From: Eledone cirrhosa
Lineage: Eukaryota
DNA length: 64,000 nt
Direction of reading: 5' to 3'
Assembly (NCBI GenBank): GCA_964016885.1
Contig: OZ024743.1
Span: forward strand, 358,670,001 to 358,734,000
Positions 39,001 to 53,863 of the stretch are shown here, in pieces (positions within the stretch are counted from its first letter, which is position 1; the number at the start of each line of letters is the position of its first letter). Below the pieces are notes generated by a model, which was given only the letters and a program-made list of their open reading frames with translations, did not search any database and had not been told where the DNA came from. A program made the translations under genes and the position numbers.

Positions 39001-42000
39001 GATAACTCTATGCTGCAAATCATGGCCTCGACCTTCTACCGATACTGTCAATCCACCATATAAATAATAGAAATGAATATGCTGGTTTGCTTCCCACACC
39101 TAACAGTAAGTTTCCTTTACATATAAGTAACAATTCTAAATATCTAGTAAAAGATGATAATGGGTGATAATGGACAAAGCCATAGACTTTTAATTGGTCA
39201 GTGGGAGGCAGGGAATGAATGTGAAAGTGGGTGCGTGTGTGGGGGCAAGTGAACTGGTTGGTGTGATTGGTAGGGGAAGTGGTGGATGGAATATACATAT
39301 GTATATAATTACAAATGTACATAAATATACATACATACAAATGTATATCACTTATGCAGGTGCTTACATATATGTAAATAAATATGTATGTATATACACA
39401 AACACACATATGCATATAAAAGACATACAAAGAAATATATTAAAATAATATATAAATATTTAAAAAGGGGGAGAGGATGGTAGTGCAAACAAGAGGTATG
39501 CTTCAACATGTGCACATGGGAAGGCGGGTCTTATGTAGAAGTCATTTCTATATAAAATAAAGATATATATAGCTTTCACCGTATTTTTGACTAAAGGAAT
39601 TTTAGCCTGATAATGGGGTTTAGAACCCTCAGATAAATGGAAAAAGATGAGTATTGACGTACATGGGAGTCGAACCCACATCTTTGGTTATCACGACCAG
39701 TGTGCTACCATTACACCAACACATCACCCATCTCTTTCCATTCAAATTAGAAGCTACATTCTTAGCGAGTTTAAATGGCAAGTAAGTATGTTTTGAAACA
39801 GTGAGCAGGTTTGAAATTAGAAAATAGAATAGCTTTCACCGTATGTTTGACTAAAGGAATTTTACCCTGATAATGGGGTTTAGAACCCTCAGATAAATGG
39901 AAAAATTATCAGGCTAAAATTCCTTTAGTCAAAAATACGGTGAAAGCTATTCTATTTTCTAATTTCAAACCTGCTCACTGTTTCAAAACATACTTACTTG
40001 CCATTTAAACTCGCTAAGAATGTAGCTTCTAATTTGAATGGAAAGAGATGGGTGATGTGTTGGTGTAATGGTAGCACAGTGGTTGCGATAACCAAAGATG
40101 TGGGTTCGACTCCCATGTACGTCAATACTCATCTTTTTCCATTTATCTGAGGGTTCTAAACCCCATTATTAGGCTAAAATTCCTTTAGTCAAAAATACGG
40201 TGAAAGCTATTCTATTTTCTAATTTCAAACCTGCTCACTGTTTCAAAACATACTTACTTAAAGATATATATATTTCAGACAGAAAGTTATTTGTCACTAC
40301 TATGGCTTCTACAGGACTAGAACTGTTTCATTCATATGAAATTATCGGTATATATATATATATAATAATAATAATAATAAATGTGGAGACTGAAATCCAA
40401 AGAGGGCTCGATAAGGATAAATATATATCGAATATATAAGAACCCTAGAGCAAATATTTATTAAAATAACAGATTAAAGTTTAAGCAAAGCATCTCTGTT
40501 TTCACCCTTAATGGGATTTTCTGAAACAGGTTTCAGAAGATCCCGTTAAGGGTGAAAGCAGTGATTCTTTGCTTAAACTTTAATCTGTTATTTTAATAAA
40601 TATATATATATAAATTATAAAATTGTAAAATTATCAAATTAAATTGTTATAGAATACCAATTACAAGTGAAGTCATTCTTTTCCTTTTTTCAAATATATA
40701 TATATATATATATACATTGATATATACCTGTAGTTTGGAGCCTATTTGGTATAAATACTAATGTAGTTATCTGGCACATAAGAGATATTATGAGACTTCG
40801 TTGGTCAGTTCTAGTATATATATATTTAACCTTGAATATAAATACTACCAACTGAATGTCAAATGTGTGTCTGATAATGTAGTATTTATTCTATTTATAT
40901 CTGGGTTTACCCCAACTCTATAATTTTAGCTATTATCCCACTTTTGTTCAGCTTATGTCATTAAAATGTAACAGTGAGAGTATTATTGATACAAAGATAC
41001 TGATAAATATACATAAAAAATTTGATTGATAATCTGGGATCAATACTGAACCAGTTTCATACAGAAATTACAAAAATTCTTATGCTTAGTCATGTAGAGT
41101 GTAAGGTAGGGTACAACATTGTCAGTATGTAATTTATTGATGTTTCACCTGCTCATGCCATTGAATCATGAATATACAGTATGCAGGTAATCAAAACATG
41201 AAACTTATGTTATAATGATTGTCATCTCTGTTCATCTGTCACAGCGATGATGTCGCTGCACCATTTCTAAAGAATTGTTTTTATGAGTTAAAAGCATGTG
41301 TGCAAAAGAAAAGTTTTATAGTCGAGGTTTTTTTTATATTTACGATAAATATTCTATTTGCCAGCTACATCTATATCTCACCATCTCTGTTTATCTCTCC
41401 TTCTTTCTCCCTCTCTCCATTTTCTTTCTCTCCCCCTTTCTCTTTCTATCCCCATCTCTATATATATATGCCTACCTCCCTTCTGATTACTGAATGCTGA
41501 AGCTGGTGCATTACTGCACCAGCTCCTGCAATTCTTGCACTACTTCAGCCTCCAGCTTTCCATCACTCATGAACACAGCCCTGGGATACTTGAACTTCTC
41601 TACCTGCTTCAGTGGAACTCCATTTAAATGTAGCATGCACTGCATAAGCTTCCTTTAGAGGACAAGTATCTCAGTTTTCACAACACTGATTTTCATTCCA
41701 GCTAAGCAGCACTTGGCATTAAACCTATCGAGTGCAAATTGGAGATCACTTTCTGTTGAGTTAAGTAACACCATGCTGTTTATAAAATTCCAGCCAACTG
41801 ATTTTACATAAGCCAGTCATAATACAACTCCCAACCTGGCTGTGCATGTAAATCCTGTTAATGTAAATAATGAACAGGAGAGGTGACATTACGCACCGTT
41901 GACGGAGTCCGACTCCCATATTGAATGGTTTCAATTTAGCACCGTTTATCTGAACACAAATACTCAGGCATTCATATAGAGATAGAGCTGTCCTGCTAGG

Positions 42001-45000
42001 GAATGGATCATAGGTGGTAGATAGTGTATGGCCACCAGATATGATGACTAGTTGTGATATAAACGGGCGACTGCCTGACGAATAAGCAACCCGGATTAAC
42101 AGCCATGGCATGCCCAATCCTCTACAAAGTGGATGTTGACAGCAAATGGACTGCCTGACAATTGGCATGCGTCCCTTCAACAAAATGTGAAAGAGAAAAC
42201 GCTCCAGTATGGTCAGACGTGGACTAGGACAAGGCACAACAGTCAGTCGGTAGTAGAAGACCGATGTGATGTATGTGTTCACCACATATGCATGACTTTC
42301 AGAGATAGCTTCCTATTAGCCCATTTCTGTGTGGGAGTGGCCACCCTGCTCATCACTTTGTCCCAGTTTTTATCCATTTGGAAGTCTGGACCAAACCAGA
42401 ACCCGAGCAATTTAATCAATCTGTCTGACCAGTGCCTGACGATGCTGTTGGATGGTATGGACATGCCTTTTCAGGTGCTGAGCTGCAGGCCCACCAACTT
42501 TTCCTGGTTAATTTTTACTCCTGCTACTGCTTCGTATTCCCTGAGAGGTGTCAATCAGTGTCATCGTCGGCAAATGCTGACATGGATCTCCCACATCCTA
42601 GTTCATGCAGGATGCCTCCCAACATCTCCAATCTGTGTAGTAATAGCTTGAGATTCAATACATATAAAAGGGATGAGGGGGGACAACCTTGGCGGATTGA
42701 GCACATGACGTTGAATAGTCCCAAAAGGTGACCCTTCACTCTAACCACAGAGCAGATGTCACTGTGCATTGCAGTGATCCAGCCTCTGAAAAATGCTCTG
42801 AAGCCGGCTTCTTTGGGGACTACCATGAAGGGGCGATGGTCGATCCTATCAAAAGCCTTTGATTGATTTAAATTGATCAGGGTTTCACCCATGCCAGATT
42901 TCTTAGTGACTCACTCTAGGATGTATTGCATGAGGTGGAGGTTGCCATGGATGAATCTGTCCAGAATGGCGCATGTTTGCATCTCTTCTGACAAACCACC
43001 GACGACAAGTGCCAACCTCATCACTAATTATATATATTCTATGGGCCAGAAATTGTCTATATGGTCATTTCTCAGCAGTGCTACCAACCTTTGGCTCACA
43101 GAACTGGGAATTCTTCTGTTCTACTGCCAGTAGGTGTAGACATCTGCAAGGATATCGCCAAACAAGTCTGGCATGTTTGTGAAAAACTTGTAGAGCAGAC
43201 CATCCAAGCCAGGCGATTTGCCTCTAGTGCAGCTGGCGATTGCATCCCATATTTCCTTGGCTGTTATCAGTTTTTTGCAACACTCGGCCTCCCTTGCCAA
43301 GAGTCATGGTAGGCCATCGAGGTAGGCTTTGAAATCCATTCCTTGATCCAAGCTGTCACCGCTCCAGAACGAAGTGTCACTGAAAAACCGCACACATCTG
43401 CTTGGGATAAAGTACCATGCACTAATTGTAGTCTGCCAAAGACCAATTTATCACTTTGTTGCCATGCCTTGCCTCTGTCACTCGAACCCATTGAATGGCT
43501 TTTGTCTGCTTGTGTCTAAGACCACGTGCCTTAGCTCTGACAATGCAGCCTTCATGCTTATTATTGAAGAATTGGTCCAGGGCTAATCTCGCTGCAAGCA
43601 TGTCAGCTGTGATACCTTTAGTAAGTGCTTCATTTAATTTTCTAACTAGATCCCCCTCTACAGCCTTACTAAACATTATTGATTCTGCTAGTCCCAGACA
43701 GTCCCGGCATGCATGCAAGATACCGTTTCAGTCACCCACTAACAGTAAAGAACCAGACGCTCTCTCTCTCTCTCTAATAATAATAATAATTACTATTATG
43801 GAGGCATGGAGGCACATGGCTTAGTGGTTAGAGCATGGGCTTGCAATCGGAAGGTTATGAGTTCAATTCTCAGACCGGGTGATGTGTTGTTTCCTTGAGC
43901 AAGACACTTTATTTCACATTGTTCCAGTTTACTCAGCTGTAGAAATGAGATGGGGTCCCTATCATTCCACTGCAAAGTGGTCGTGGAGGTGCACGGCAAA
44001 AAAAGCACACAGCACTCACTGTAAATGAGGTTGGTGTTAGGAAGGACATCCAGCTGTAGAAATCAAGCCAGAATAAAGTTCCCGTCCCACCCTTGCAAGC
44101 AGGGAAAAAGCGGACGTAAAATGAAATGATGATGATGATGATGATGATTCTTCAATCATTCACAGCCCTCAGCCTACCAGGCAGTGCAATTGGTAGAAAC
44201 TCCACCTTAGTTTTCTATAGAGTTTTGGTGGCGGGTAAAAATGACGACATTCTTGGGGAGACTCTAGGGGTTGATAAAAATCAACTAATCACTCTTTTCC
44301 AGAGGACTTTCAATTCAGGGCCCATGGATAACTTCCAGAAATCCCTGGCTTGGTAGCATTGCTAAGGAGCTTTGTCAGTTTGAGATAAACTCTACAGGTA
44401 TGGAAGTGCTTTCAGCCAGGCTGGTCTGAGATGTGTGCAGAGCGACGAAACCATCCTGCATGCACTCATCTACTGTCCAAGTATTGCTGACCTGTGGGTT
44501 TATGTCAAACACCTGCTGTAATGTGTAGGACAAATTTGGCTATCAACTGAGTCCATCCTGTCTTCCTTTAGAGGAGAAGGATAGGCAGTTTTTATTTGTC
44601 TGGTGGCCATGCCAAAAGAGGTTGTGTGGTGGAAATGCCTGAATGGTCTGAAGACAAGCATTTTCCTCTTCGTTGAAACCCCGTTTAACTTTTTCAGGTT
44701 TTACCTGAAGAGAAAAATCAGGGTGAAGAGGGAAATGCTGCCTTCCAACCGGGTTTTAGAAAGGTTGGTGAGAGAGGCAAGCATGTCCAAAACATAATTA
44801 CAGACTCTGAGAGTTTTCATACTTTATACAGCACCATCATGGCCACCACCACCAACAACAACAATACTGCTACCAACGCCTAGGAAGAAAATAAATATAG
44901 CGTTGCAGCAAAGACAGCCACAAACAGCAAGGTGGATTTAGTTACCTTCAGAGAAACGAAGCGTTTCATTTAGGGACAGCAACAAAGTCCAAATAGCAGT

Positions 45001-48000
45001 GCCGGAAGATGTAATTTCAAATGTACAGAAATGTACAATCATTTAGTCAGGAAGTTCTACAGGTCTTAAAGGAGATATGGACAAAAAAACAACAAAAACA
45101 CTTTTGTCTTGAGAGAAAGAGAATACAAGACGATGGAAGGGAGATTTGCATCAGAAATCAAAGTGAAGGCGCACACCACAACAGGCACTGCAGACACCAA
45201 CAACATCCCGACCAAAACAAAATCCACATCCACAACAACAAACGCAACCCCACTCACTAAACAGCAATAAACATAAACAACCAAACCCTAAACAACTACA
45301 TACGCATAACACAAGCATTTCAGAAACACATCACATAACACCCCCAAACATCGCACCACACACATAAAAATTATAAACATAGATAAAAAAAAACATATCC
45401 AAATTTAAAGACAAAATTCCCTGAAGCAATTTGGGAATACTGAAAGACACTCTTTAGAAGGATATACATAATCATACATGTAAACAAACCCACAACTGGC
45501 CAGGGGGACGGACAGCTGTCCTTCCCCCAAAAGACTAATGTAGGTGGCCTTTCCCACTTTTTCCTCTTCTTCATTGAACATGGCTTTGCTCAAGATAGGC
45601 AGTATAAATGCACTTGGGCTGGGTCACCTGCTCAACGACCTTAGATTGTTTAGTAGGTGACCCTGTTTACATAGATGTGGTGGCTATCAGCAAGACCAGA
45701 ATTTCTGATGCATGAACTTTTGCACCCATCTTTGGTGGTTACGAGGTGTACGCATTTCCAAGCCATCCTGGATCTGGGGGGCTGAATCACTGTGTTATTA
45801 CAGAAAGGCCTGGATCTCACAATACAGATTATCTTCCTGGATCCAGAAGGTAAGTTGGTGGTGCTGGACGAAACCATAAATCTGTGATCTGTGTGGTCAA
45901 TCTAAATAGGCTTCATAGACAGGGATCTGATTACTGGAGGCTGAACACATCATTCCCAGCGTATAAAGATTACAAAGACCAGATTAGTGAATTAGTTAAG
46001 TGAGCATTGATGGAAGCAATCAACCACAAATAGTGATTCACTCTGAAAAAGTCTATTAGAGCAGAATCAATAAGGTTTAGTAAGGCTGTAGAGGCAGATC
46101 GAGTTAGAAAACAGCCAACATGCTTGTGGTGAGATTGGCTCTGGACCAATTCTGGGCCAATTCTGGGCCAATTCTTCAATGCTAAGCATGAATGCTGCGT
46201 TGTCAGAGCTAAGGCACATGGTTTTAGACATGAGCATATGAAAGCTGTGTGCGTGTATATATATATAGAGCATCATCATCATTTAATATCCGCTTTCCTT
46301 ACTATATATAAAGGAATTATCAAAGTCGCATTTGCATGATGGCAACATGAGTCTATTTATATGATTTAGCCCTATCAACATTCACTGATACATGAATACA
46401 TGAACGGAATTCATTGTTTCAGAGGCAATTAATTATTCAATTTAGAAAGGACTGTGAACAAGAAGCATAGATGTGTGAACCTCATAACAAATACCTAGGA
46501 AAACACACACTCACACACATATGTATTTAACTCAAATGGTAAAACTTGAAGTCCCACTCAAACTTAATATGCTCAATATGTAAAATAGAATTGTGTCCTT
46601 TCATTTGTGTTTGTTGCTCTCTATATACAACCCAAACATAAACACACACACACATACATATATATATATTCATTTATTAAATTAATGACTCTTACAAGAC
46701 TAGTTCTGTGTACTTCTTTAAGAATTCACTTGAGTTTATAATATAAATGTGTGTGCGTATGTCACAACATTTATGTATATATTTGTGTGTATGTGTGAGT
46801 GGTTCTACTTATGTTTGTTTAAACTTCATGAAATTAATCTTGTGGGTGTGAAATAGATGAAGATAAAATACTCTCAGTAATCCCAGGTGCATTCAACCAG
46901 TGACAGCAACATAGAGTAGAGAAGGGGCTTAAGTCAAGTTAATGACCTGACAACCTTTCTAGTGCTGGTGGCATGATAACATGCTTTAGGATTTCTTAAT
47001 TGCAAAATAAATACTGTAAAGTGGTTGATATTACAAAGGGCATCTAGTCATAAAATCCATGACAAACAAAAGGTTGAATGGTCATTAACCTTTTAGCATT
47101 TAAACTGGCTGTTTCCAGCCAGAATTCTCTCACCTCTTCTGCTCAAATTGGTTGTAACCAGCCTCTCATACTTATGTTAAGGTATTGTTCTCAAAATAAA
47201 TAACATCAAAATCTTGTAGATTTGGTATTATGTGAGGTAAAGTGTTTACCATGAAAATACAATAGTATATATAGAGTAATGTAAATGTTAAAGGGTTAAG
47301 TGATGATGATGATAATGATTATAATGATAATTGTGATAGAGAAAATCAAGATTCAAAATTCAACACTTTTAATATCATTTTATATATGTTTTCCTTGTTT
47401 ATAATTATTTTTCTTTGTTTTATGGAACAGGTGTAATGGCATTTGCAACAAATGGACTTGCAGCAATTGTTTTGGCAAGACAAAATACACAACCCAGAAG
47501 GAAGTACAGCGTATTGATCTACTTTCTGCTGACCAGTGCCTTGGTCAATATTGGATTTCCTCTGAACTCATCTTCTAGTATTGCTGGAAGGTAAGCTGGT
47601 TGAACCCTTTCATTACCATATTTCTAATGAAAGATACTCCCTAAAATTTTCAAATCATTTAAAAAATACTGAAGAATCATCGTTTAACGTCTATCTTCTT
47701 CCATGCTAGCATGGGTTAGATGGGAATTGTCCCACTTGAGGCAAGATTGATTGGGTGACCGTGTCTTACTCATATAGGACTGTATCTGGCAGGTTTTCTA
47801 CGGCTGGATGCCCTTCCTAACACCAACCACATTTACAGTGTGGACTGGGAGCCTTTTTACCGTGTCTCCTACATGACCACTTTACAGCGTGGACTGGGTG
47901 CTTTTTTTGTTGTGACACCTCCATGACCTCTTTAGATTGGACTGGATATTGTGGTACCAACATAACTTTACAGAGAAAGGGTGGTGTTGGGGACAGTGGG

Positions 48001-51000
48001 AGGATGGAGTAGGGGTAGTGGGTATATTTGGTTAAGAGGTGCCTACTGACTGTAGGTTAACTTTGTACGTAGGGAAGGCGAGTCTTCTGTATTAATTAGT
48101 AATATAAATAACTTTGTCATTATTAAGCTGGTTTTTGGAGCATAACTTAACAAAAGTGCTTACATAAAATAATGATGAAGGTTTTGGGATAGATAAACAC
48201 TTTAAAATAAACAGCATTTTGGTATAAGAAAGGTTAAATTGATCTACATTTCAAGTGCTTTAGGTTAATCAGTTTCCCAAAACAGTAGTTTGTTGGGGCC
48301 AAATTTATTTGTTTTACTTCTCTTCAGAGTCAGTAAAATATTTTACCAGGATATTTTACCAGGTGCAGGCATAGCTGTGGAGTTAAGAAGTTTGCTTTGC
48401 AATCTCATGATTTTAGGTTCGGTCCCACTACATGACACCTTGAGCATATGTCTTCTACTCTAGCCTCAGATTGACCAATGCTTTGTGAGTGAAATTTAAT
48501 GGATGGAAACTAAGCTGAACCCCACAGTAAATATAAGTATGTGTGTGTGTATGTATGTATGTGTGTGTGTGTGTGTGTGCTTGTTTGCAATGGGTGCTCA
48601 ATAAACAAAAATAAACATTCTCATTTCTCCTGTTTTCTATTGAATGTAAATAAAACAGCTTTCTTTTTTAACCCTTTAGCATTTACATTACTCTATATTT
48701 ACAATTATATTTTCATGGTAAAGGCTTTACCTCACATGACATCAAATCTATGAGATTTTGATATTATTTATGTTGAGAACAATTCCTTAACATCAGTATG
48801 AGTGATCAATTACATCTGGTTTGAACAGAAAGAGGTGAGAGAATTCTGGCCAGATACAGCTGGTTTAAATGTTAAAGGGTTAATCATATGTCTTCTTGGG
48901 ATGATAGAATAAAGTACCTTACCAATCAACTATCTTATTCATTGGTCTGCTTGATTAGGGCTCACATGAGGTTAAACATCAACAGCAATGTAGTTTTGTT
49001 TATTAGAATGAAAATATGTGACCTAAATTTCCCCACTGAAGTTTCTTGTTATACAACTTAACAACAGCATCAAGCATTTGAAGGCCCCACGATAGTCTTT
49101 ATACTTATTATGAGAAATGCTCTTTCTGGTACCCACCCTTTTCCTGTGATGAATAATTTGTTTTTATCAACTTCATAGAATGCTGGTAAGTTAGACATAA
49201 GTAAATCCTTATTCTTTGTATTTCTGCAGATGGCTTTTCGGAAATTTTGGTTGCCACTTTTATGGATTCATTGGATTTGTTGTTGGAATTTCCCACATAT
49301 GGATGTTGTTTGCCTTCTGTGTAGAACGATACATTGCTACCTGCCATAGAGAATTCTGTGAGTATTTTGTTGCATTTTTGGATTACACTGTACCCCGAGG
49401 TTGACCAAGGCTTTGTGAGTGAAATTTGGTTGACAGAAGGTATGCTGAAGCTTGTCATATATGTGTGTCTGTGCGTGCGTGCCCCCCCCCCCACTCATAT
49501 ATATATATATATATTCATTGATTTGATTGTGATGAATACAGGTGTAAACTGTGTTCAATACTCAATATGATACTGTGAGTCGCAGAGGAAGCTGTGTCAA
49601 CACAAAGAATAGAAGATGACTGCTACCTGGTGTCAAGTGGGATCGCAGAGTATAAACACTAAGAGATAAATACAGGGCTGCTCAGTTCTTTGAGAACATG
49701 CCATTTAATAGCTCTAACTTATTATCATTTCTTTTCAGATAAATGATGATAAACATCAGCCTGACTTAGCAAATGAAAAGGTATGCAGTAATCATTGCTT
49801 TAAAGGCAGAACATAGTGATTTAGAGATTGCTCCCTTTCTGAAAGTTGCACAGATTTTTGTTGTCAAAGTTTGCAAAAAGCTGGAAGCCACTGATAGGGA
49901 GTCTACAGTAGTAGCCAAATGTAAAACACCTGCTAAGGGCCCTAATACCATCAGAATATTGAAATTTGCAGTAATTATCGATAAGAACCCCAGACAGCCA
50001 ATTAGTGCCATTGCTAAGGAGCTCATGGTTTCGAGGCACATTATCAGAAGAATTGTGCACGAGGACCTTTGATACAAGTGATATGAGATGTGAAAAGGCT
50101 AATTCATATCTGCAAAGACAAAAGATAATTGTCTGATCCATCAAGAGCTTGGAATGCTTTGGTTTTTCTCTGATGAGAAAAACTAATTAGAACCAATAGG
50201 TCAACTGAAGGAATGACAGATGATTATGTTGAGACACTAAAGATGTTCTTTTGGTCATGTAGATAAAGTTTCAAGTGACTGTGAAGGTTTTCAAAATTGT
50301 GAGCAATGAGAGAGATATGCCTCCTCACTTCTTTCCTTAGGTCAATGTTGCTGACTATAAGATGTTGGAGAGGGTTGTGAGTCCTTGGATAGAGAGCATG
50401 AGCAAAGGAAGAATGTCTATCTACAACAAAACTCTGTGCCATCTCATAAGATCAAGACTACCCAAGAATGGATGAGTTACCATCTTCATGATCATGGCAC
50501 CCGTAGCTCTACAGACCACATGGGGCATAGTCGAGAGGGAAGTCAATCAATGCCCCCATAACACTATAAAATCTCTGAAGTCCACCATAACTAACATAAT
50601 GTCCAAAATAGATAAAAATCATCTGATTCGGGCGTATCAATGTTTCAATTACAAATGGTAGATTCATTAAGAAGATGAGTTAAGAAGCATTTCAAGATTA
50701 TGCATGCCAATCATTTCTCAAATAAACTTCTTCTTTCATGGCTTACATGTCTTTTACTAAATTCATGTAATTGTCCTCAAAGAACTGAGCAACCATGTGG
50801 AGCAGGCATGGGCAACCTTTTTCTAGCATAGGATGTGGCTTTTCATAAGTTGGGCTGCACTACTAAAAAATTCAAGGCAGTTTTGAAATTAGGCATGCCA
50901 TTCAGAAAGCCAAATGAGTTGCATGCAGCCTGTGGGCCACAGTTTGACATGACTGATGTAAAGGGACATCAGTTTAATATATGCATATTTTCATTACTGG

Positions 51001-53816
51001 TGTTTCACTTGTTATCTGGCTCAAAACTATTCACAATTATATAATGATTATGTAATGATAGAGTTCTTCAGATGAGAATAAAGATCAGAGTGTTGTTAAC
51101 TGCCAATATTTATATTTGCCTGATGATCCTATGACTTACAGAGTTGAACCTTATCATTACATAGTCATTATGTAATTGTGAATGCTTTTGAGCTGGATCA
51201 TGAGGTAGACATGTGTAGCAAAAATAAACATATGTTAAACTGACACCTCTCTCATTGTCTTTTGATATATATATATTTATATATATATATAGGAAAAAGT
51301 ATGACCCCGACTGCAGAGCTCAAGCCATTTCAACGGCTATTTCTGGACGGAAATAGCTGTCAAAATGGCTTGAGCTCTGCTGTCGGGGTCATACTTTTTC
51401 CTATTACCCACTCTACTACCCTAAATATTGAGTACTCTGGTGCGTTATGGTCCATCTGGTTCCTTACCACAATTCCTTCGTTATATATATATGTACATAT
51501 ATATATATATATAGTCTGGAACAAGCTATTGAAAAGGTAAGAGATCAGCCGTCAGGCCCCAAACTTTATAATATAGCCATACTCTATTAATCCAAGTACC
51601 GAGTACTCTGTTGAGTAATGGTCTAACTAGATTAAAATTGGTTATATATATATATATTGATTAAAATAACAGGAGGCCGGACTTGTAAAGTTACATTAAA
51701 GTTTTATTGTTGCAAAAACACTATATATATTTCAATGGCCAGGTTGCATAAGATCCTGGCAACATCATCAGGTGCGTATTGCATAATTATTTACTCAATA
51801 AAGGAATTATGGCAAACACAAACAGAGAAAATAGAGAAAATATTTAATTCAAAGATGGCCTACAAAGTAGGTGTTATTGTTGCCACAGACCATCTCTGAA
51901 AGATGGATGAGTTGTGTAAAGTGACTGCTTTTCCTACTATTACATCATGGTTAACTATACGGAATGACCAGTTCTATCCAGTGGTAAACCACTAAACTTC
52001 AATGAATATATATATATGTAATCATCATCACCATTTAACGTTTATTTTCCATGCTTGCATGGGTTAGATGAGCTGTCACTTTAGGAAGCTAGATAGGTCA
52101 GGAAATCACGTCTTGCTCATATGATCTGTATATATATAAATATAAGAGAGTTTTGAAGTTTGCTTGAAGCGTTGTGGAATAATAAAAATAGTCGTTTTGG
52201 CAGCCTCAACAATGCAGATGGGTAAATCTCCTGGTAAGAGAATCAGGTGGTAATGAGAGAGAAATGTAAGAGGAAACGTAGAAAGAGACGTAGAGAGCAT
52301 AAAAGAACACTGGAAAAGTGTAAAAAATAATAACACAAGATAGTGGAAGTGATTTAATAGTCCCTATATTTCGGATTTCGCATCCATCAACTGGGGCTTT
52401 TCCAAGGGGAAAAAGTTGTGTCGGAGAGGGACAACACGTGGTCTCCGTTTGCAATCAGGACAAAAACAATGAAAAAAGCAACAGCAAGATGGACAGTCTC
52501 ATCTCCTTAGTCAACTTCTGGAAATCACTACAGTTTCAGTGCATTAAGGTTGACACTGTTTATTCCAGTGCACATTGGGACGTAACAAAACAGGTAGAGA
52601 CAAAGACAGGTCAAGTTATGCTTTAACCCCTTAGCATTTAAACGGGCCATATTCGGCCAGAATTCTCTCACCTCATTCTGTTCAAACCAGCTGTAACTGG
52701 CTGCTCATATTTATGTTAAGGTATTTTTCTCAAAATAAATAATATCAAAATCTAATAGATTCCATATTTTGTGAGTTAATTATGTGAGATAAAGTGTTTA
52801 ACATGAAAATACAATAGTAAATATGAAGTAATGTAAATGCTAAAGGGTTAAGGTGAATTACACAAATATAGATGAAAAAGTAGCCCTTAGTGCGTCAACT
52901 GACAAAGGAGGGAGAGTATGGTGTTTGAGGGCTTAACCAAAAGGAGAGAAATAGAAAAACAGAAAAGAAAAAATATGGACTGTAGTTCAATGTGTAGACA
53001 AGGAAGAATGACACCTTTTCTATGCCTTTCTATTCTTCTTTGTCTGCATGTTGACCTGCAGTCTATATTTTTCTTTTCTGTTTTTCTATTTCTCTCCTCT
53101 CTCTATTTTTTCTCCTTTGACTAAGGCACAAAAACTGTAGTAATTTTCAGAGGTTGACTGAGATGAGACTCTTAGTTTTTCTGTTGTTTTTTTCTTTGTC
53201 TTTGTCCTGGGCATCCCCTCCCCTATTTTCACTTCCAAAACATAGCTATGTGGGCTTTTTTTGAAACTTTAATATACTGTAATAATAATAATATACTCCC
53301 GTATGAGCAAGACAAGGTCAGCCGACCAGACACTGCCCACAACAGGACAACCCGTCTAACCCATGCTAGCGTGGAAGAACGGATGTAAAACGGTGATGAT
53401 GATGATGATGATGTACATATATATAATCCAGGCCGAAACAAATGAGATCGTGTAGGTGTCACGACAAAAAAAACACACAGTCTACGCTGTAATGTGGCCG
53501 TGTAGGCAACACGGTAAAAATCTCCCAGTCCCACACTGTAAATGTGGTTGGTGTTAGGAAGGGCATACAGCTGTAGAAAACCCGCCAGACAGTCCACGCT
53601 GTAATGTGGCCGTGTAGGCAACACAGTAAAAACCTCCCAGCCCCACACTGTAAATGTGGTTGGTGTTAGGAAGGGCATCCAGCTGTAGAAAACCCGCCAG
53701 ACAGTCCTATGCGAGCAAGACAACCACTCTTGCCTCAAGTGGGAAAACTTCCGTCCAAACCCATGCAAGCGTGGAACATGGACGTTAAACAATGATGATG
53801 ATGATGATGATGATGA

Positions 53817-53863
<47 letters not shown>

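Noticed and set aside
39606-39640. Hammerhead in the 260-nt unit (CTGATAA-TGGGG..CCCTC)
   Set aside because: The core is CTGATAA/CTGATAG in all copies (3-8 mismatch), and there is no properly placed GAAA or stem I.
40054-40124. Functional tRNA gene
   Set aside because: The anticodon loop lacks U33 and differs between the two copies (TGCGATA vs CGTGATA), and the acceptor stem has three G:U pairs; no isotype can be assigned.
50166-50185. CTGATGA hammerhead core
   Set aside because: It is the FSDEK coding sequence of the mariner transposase; no helices form.
52173-52586. Solo LTR (TGTTAC...CCACA on the minus strand); similar TGTTAC start at about 7118
   Set aside because: No TSD, no partner LTR and no internal domains visible.
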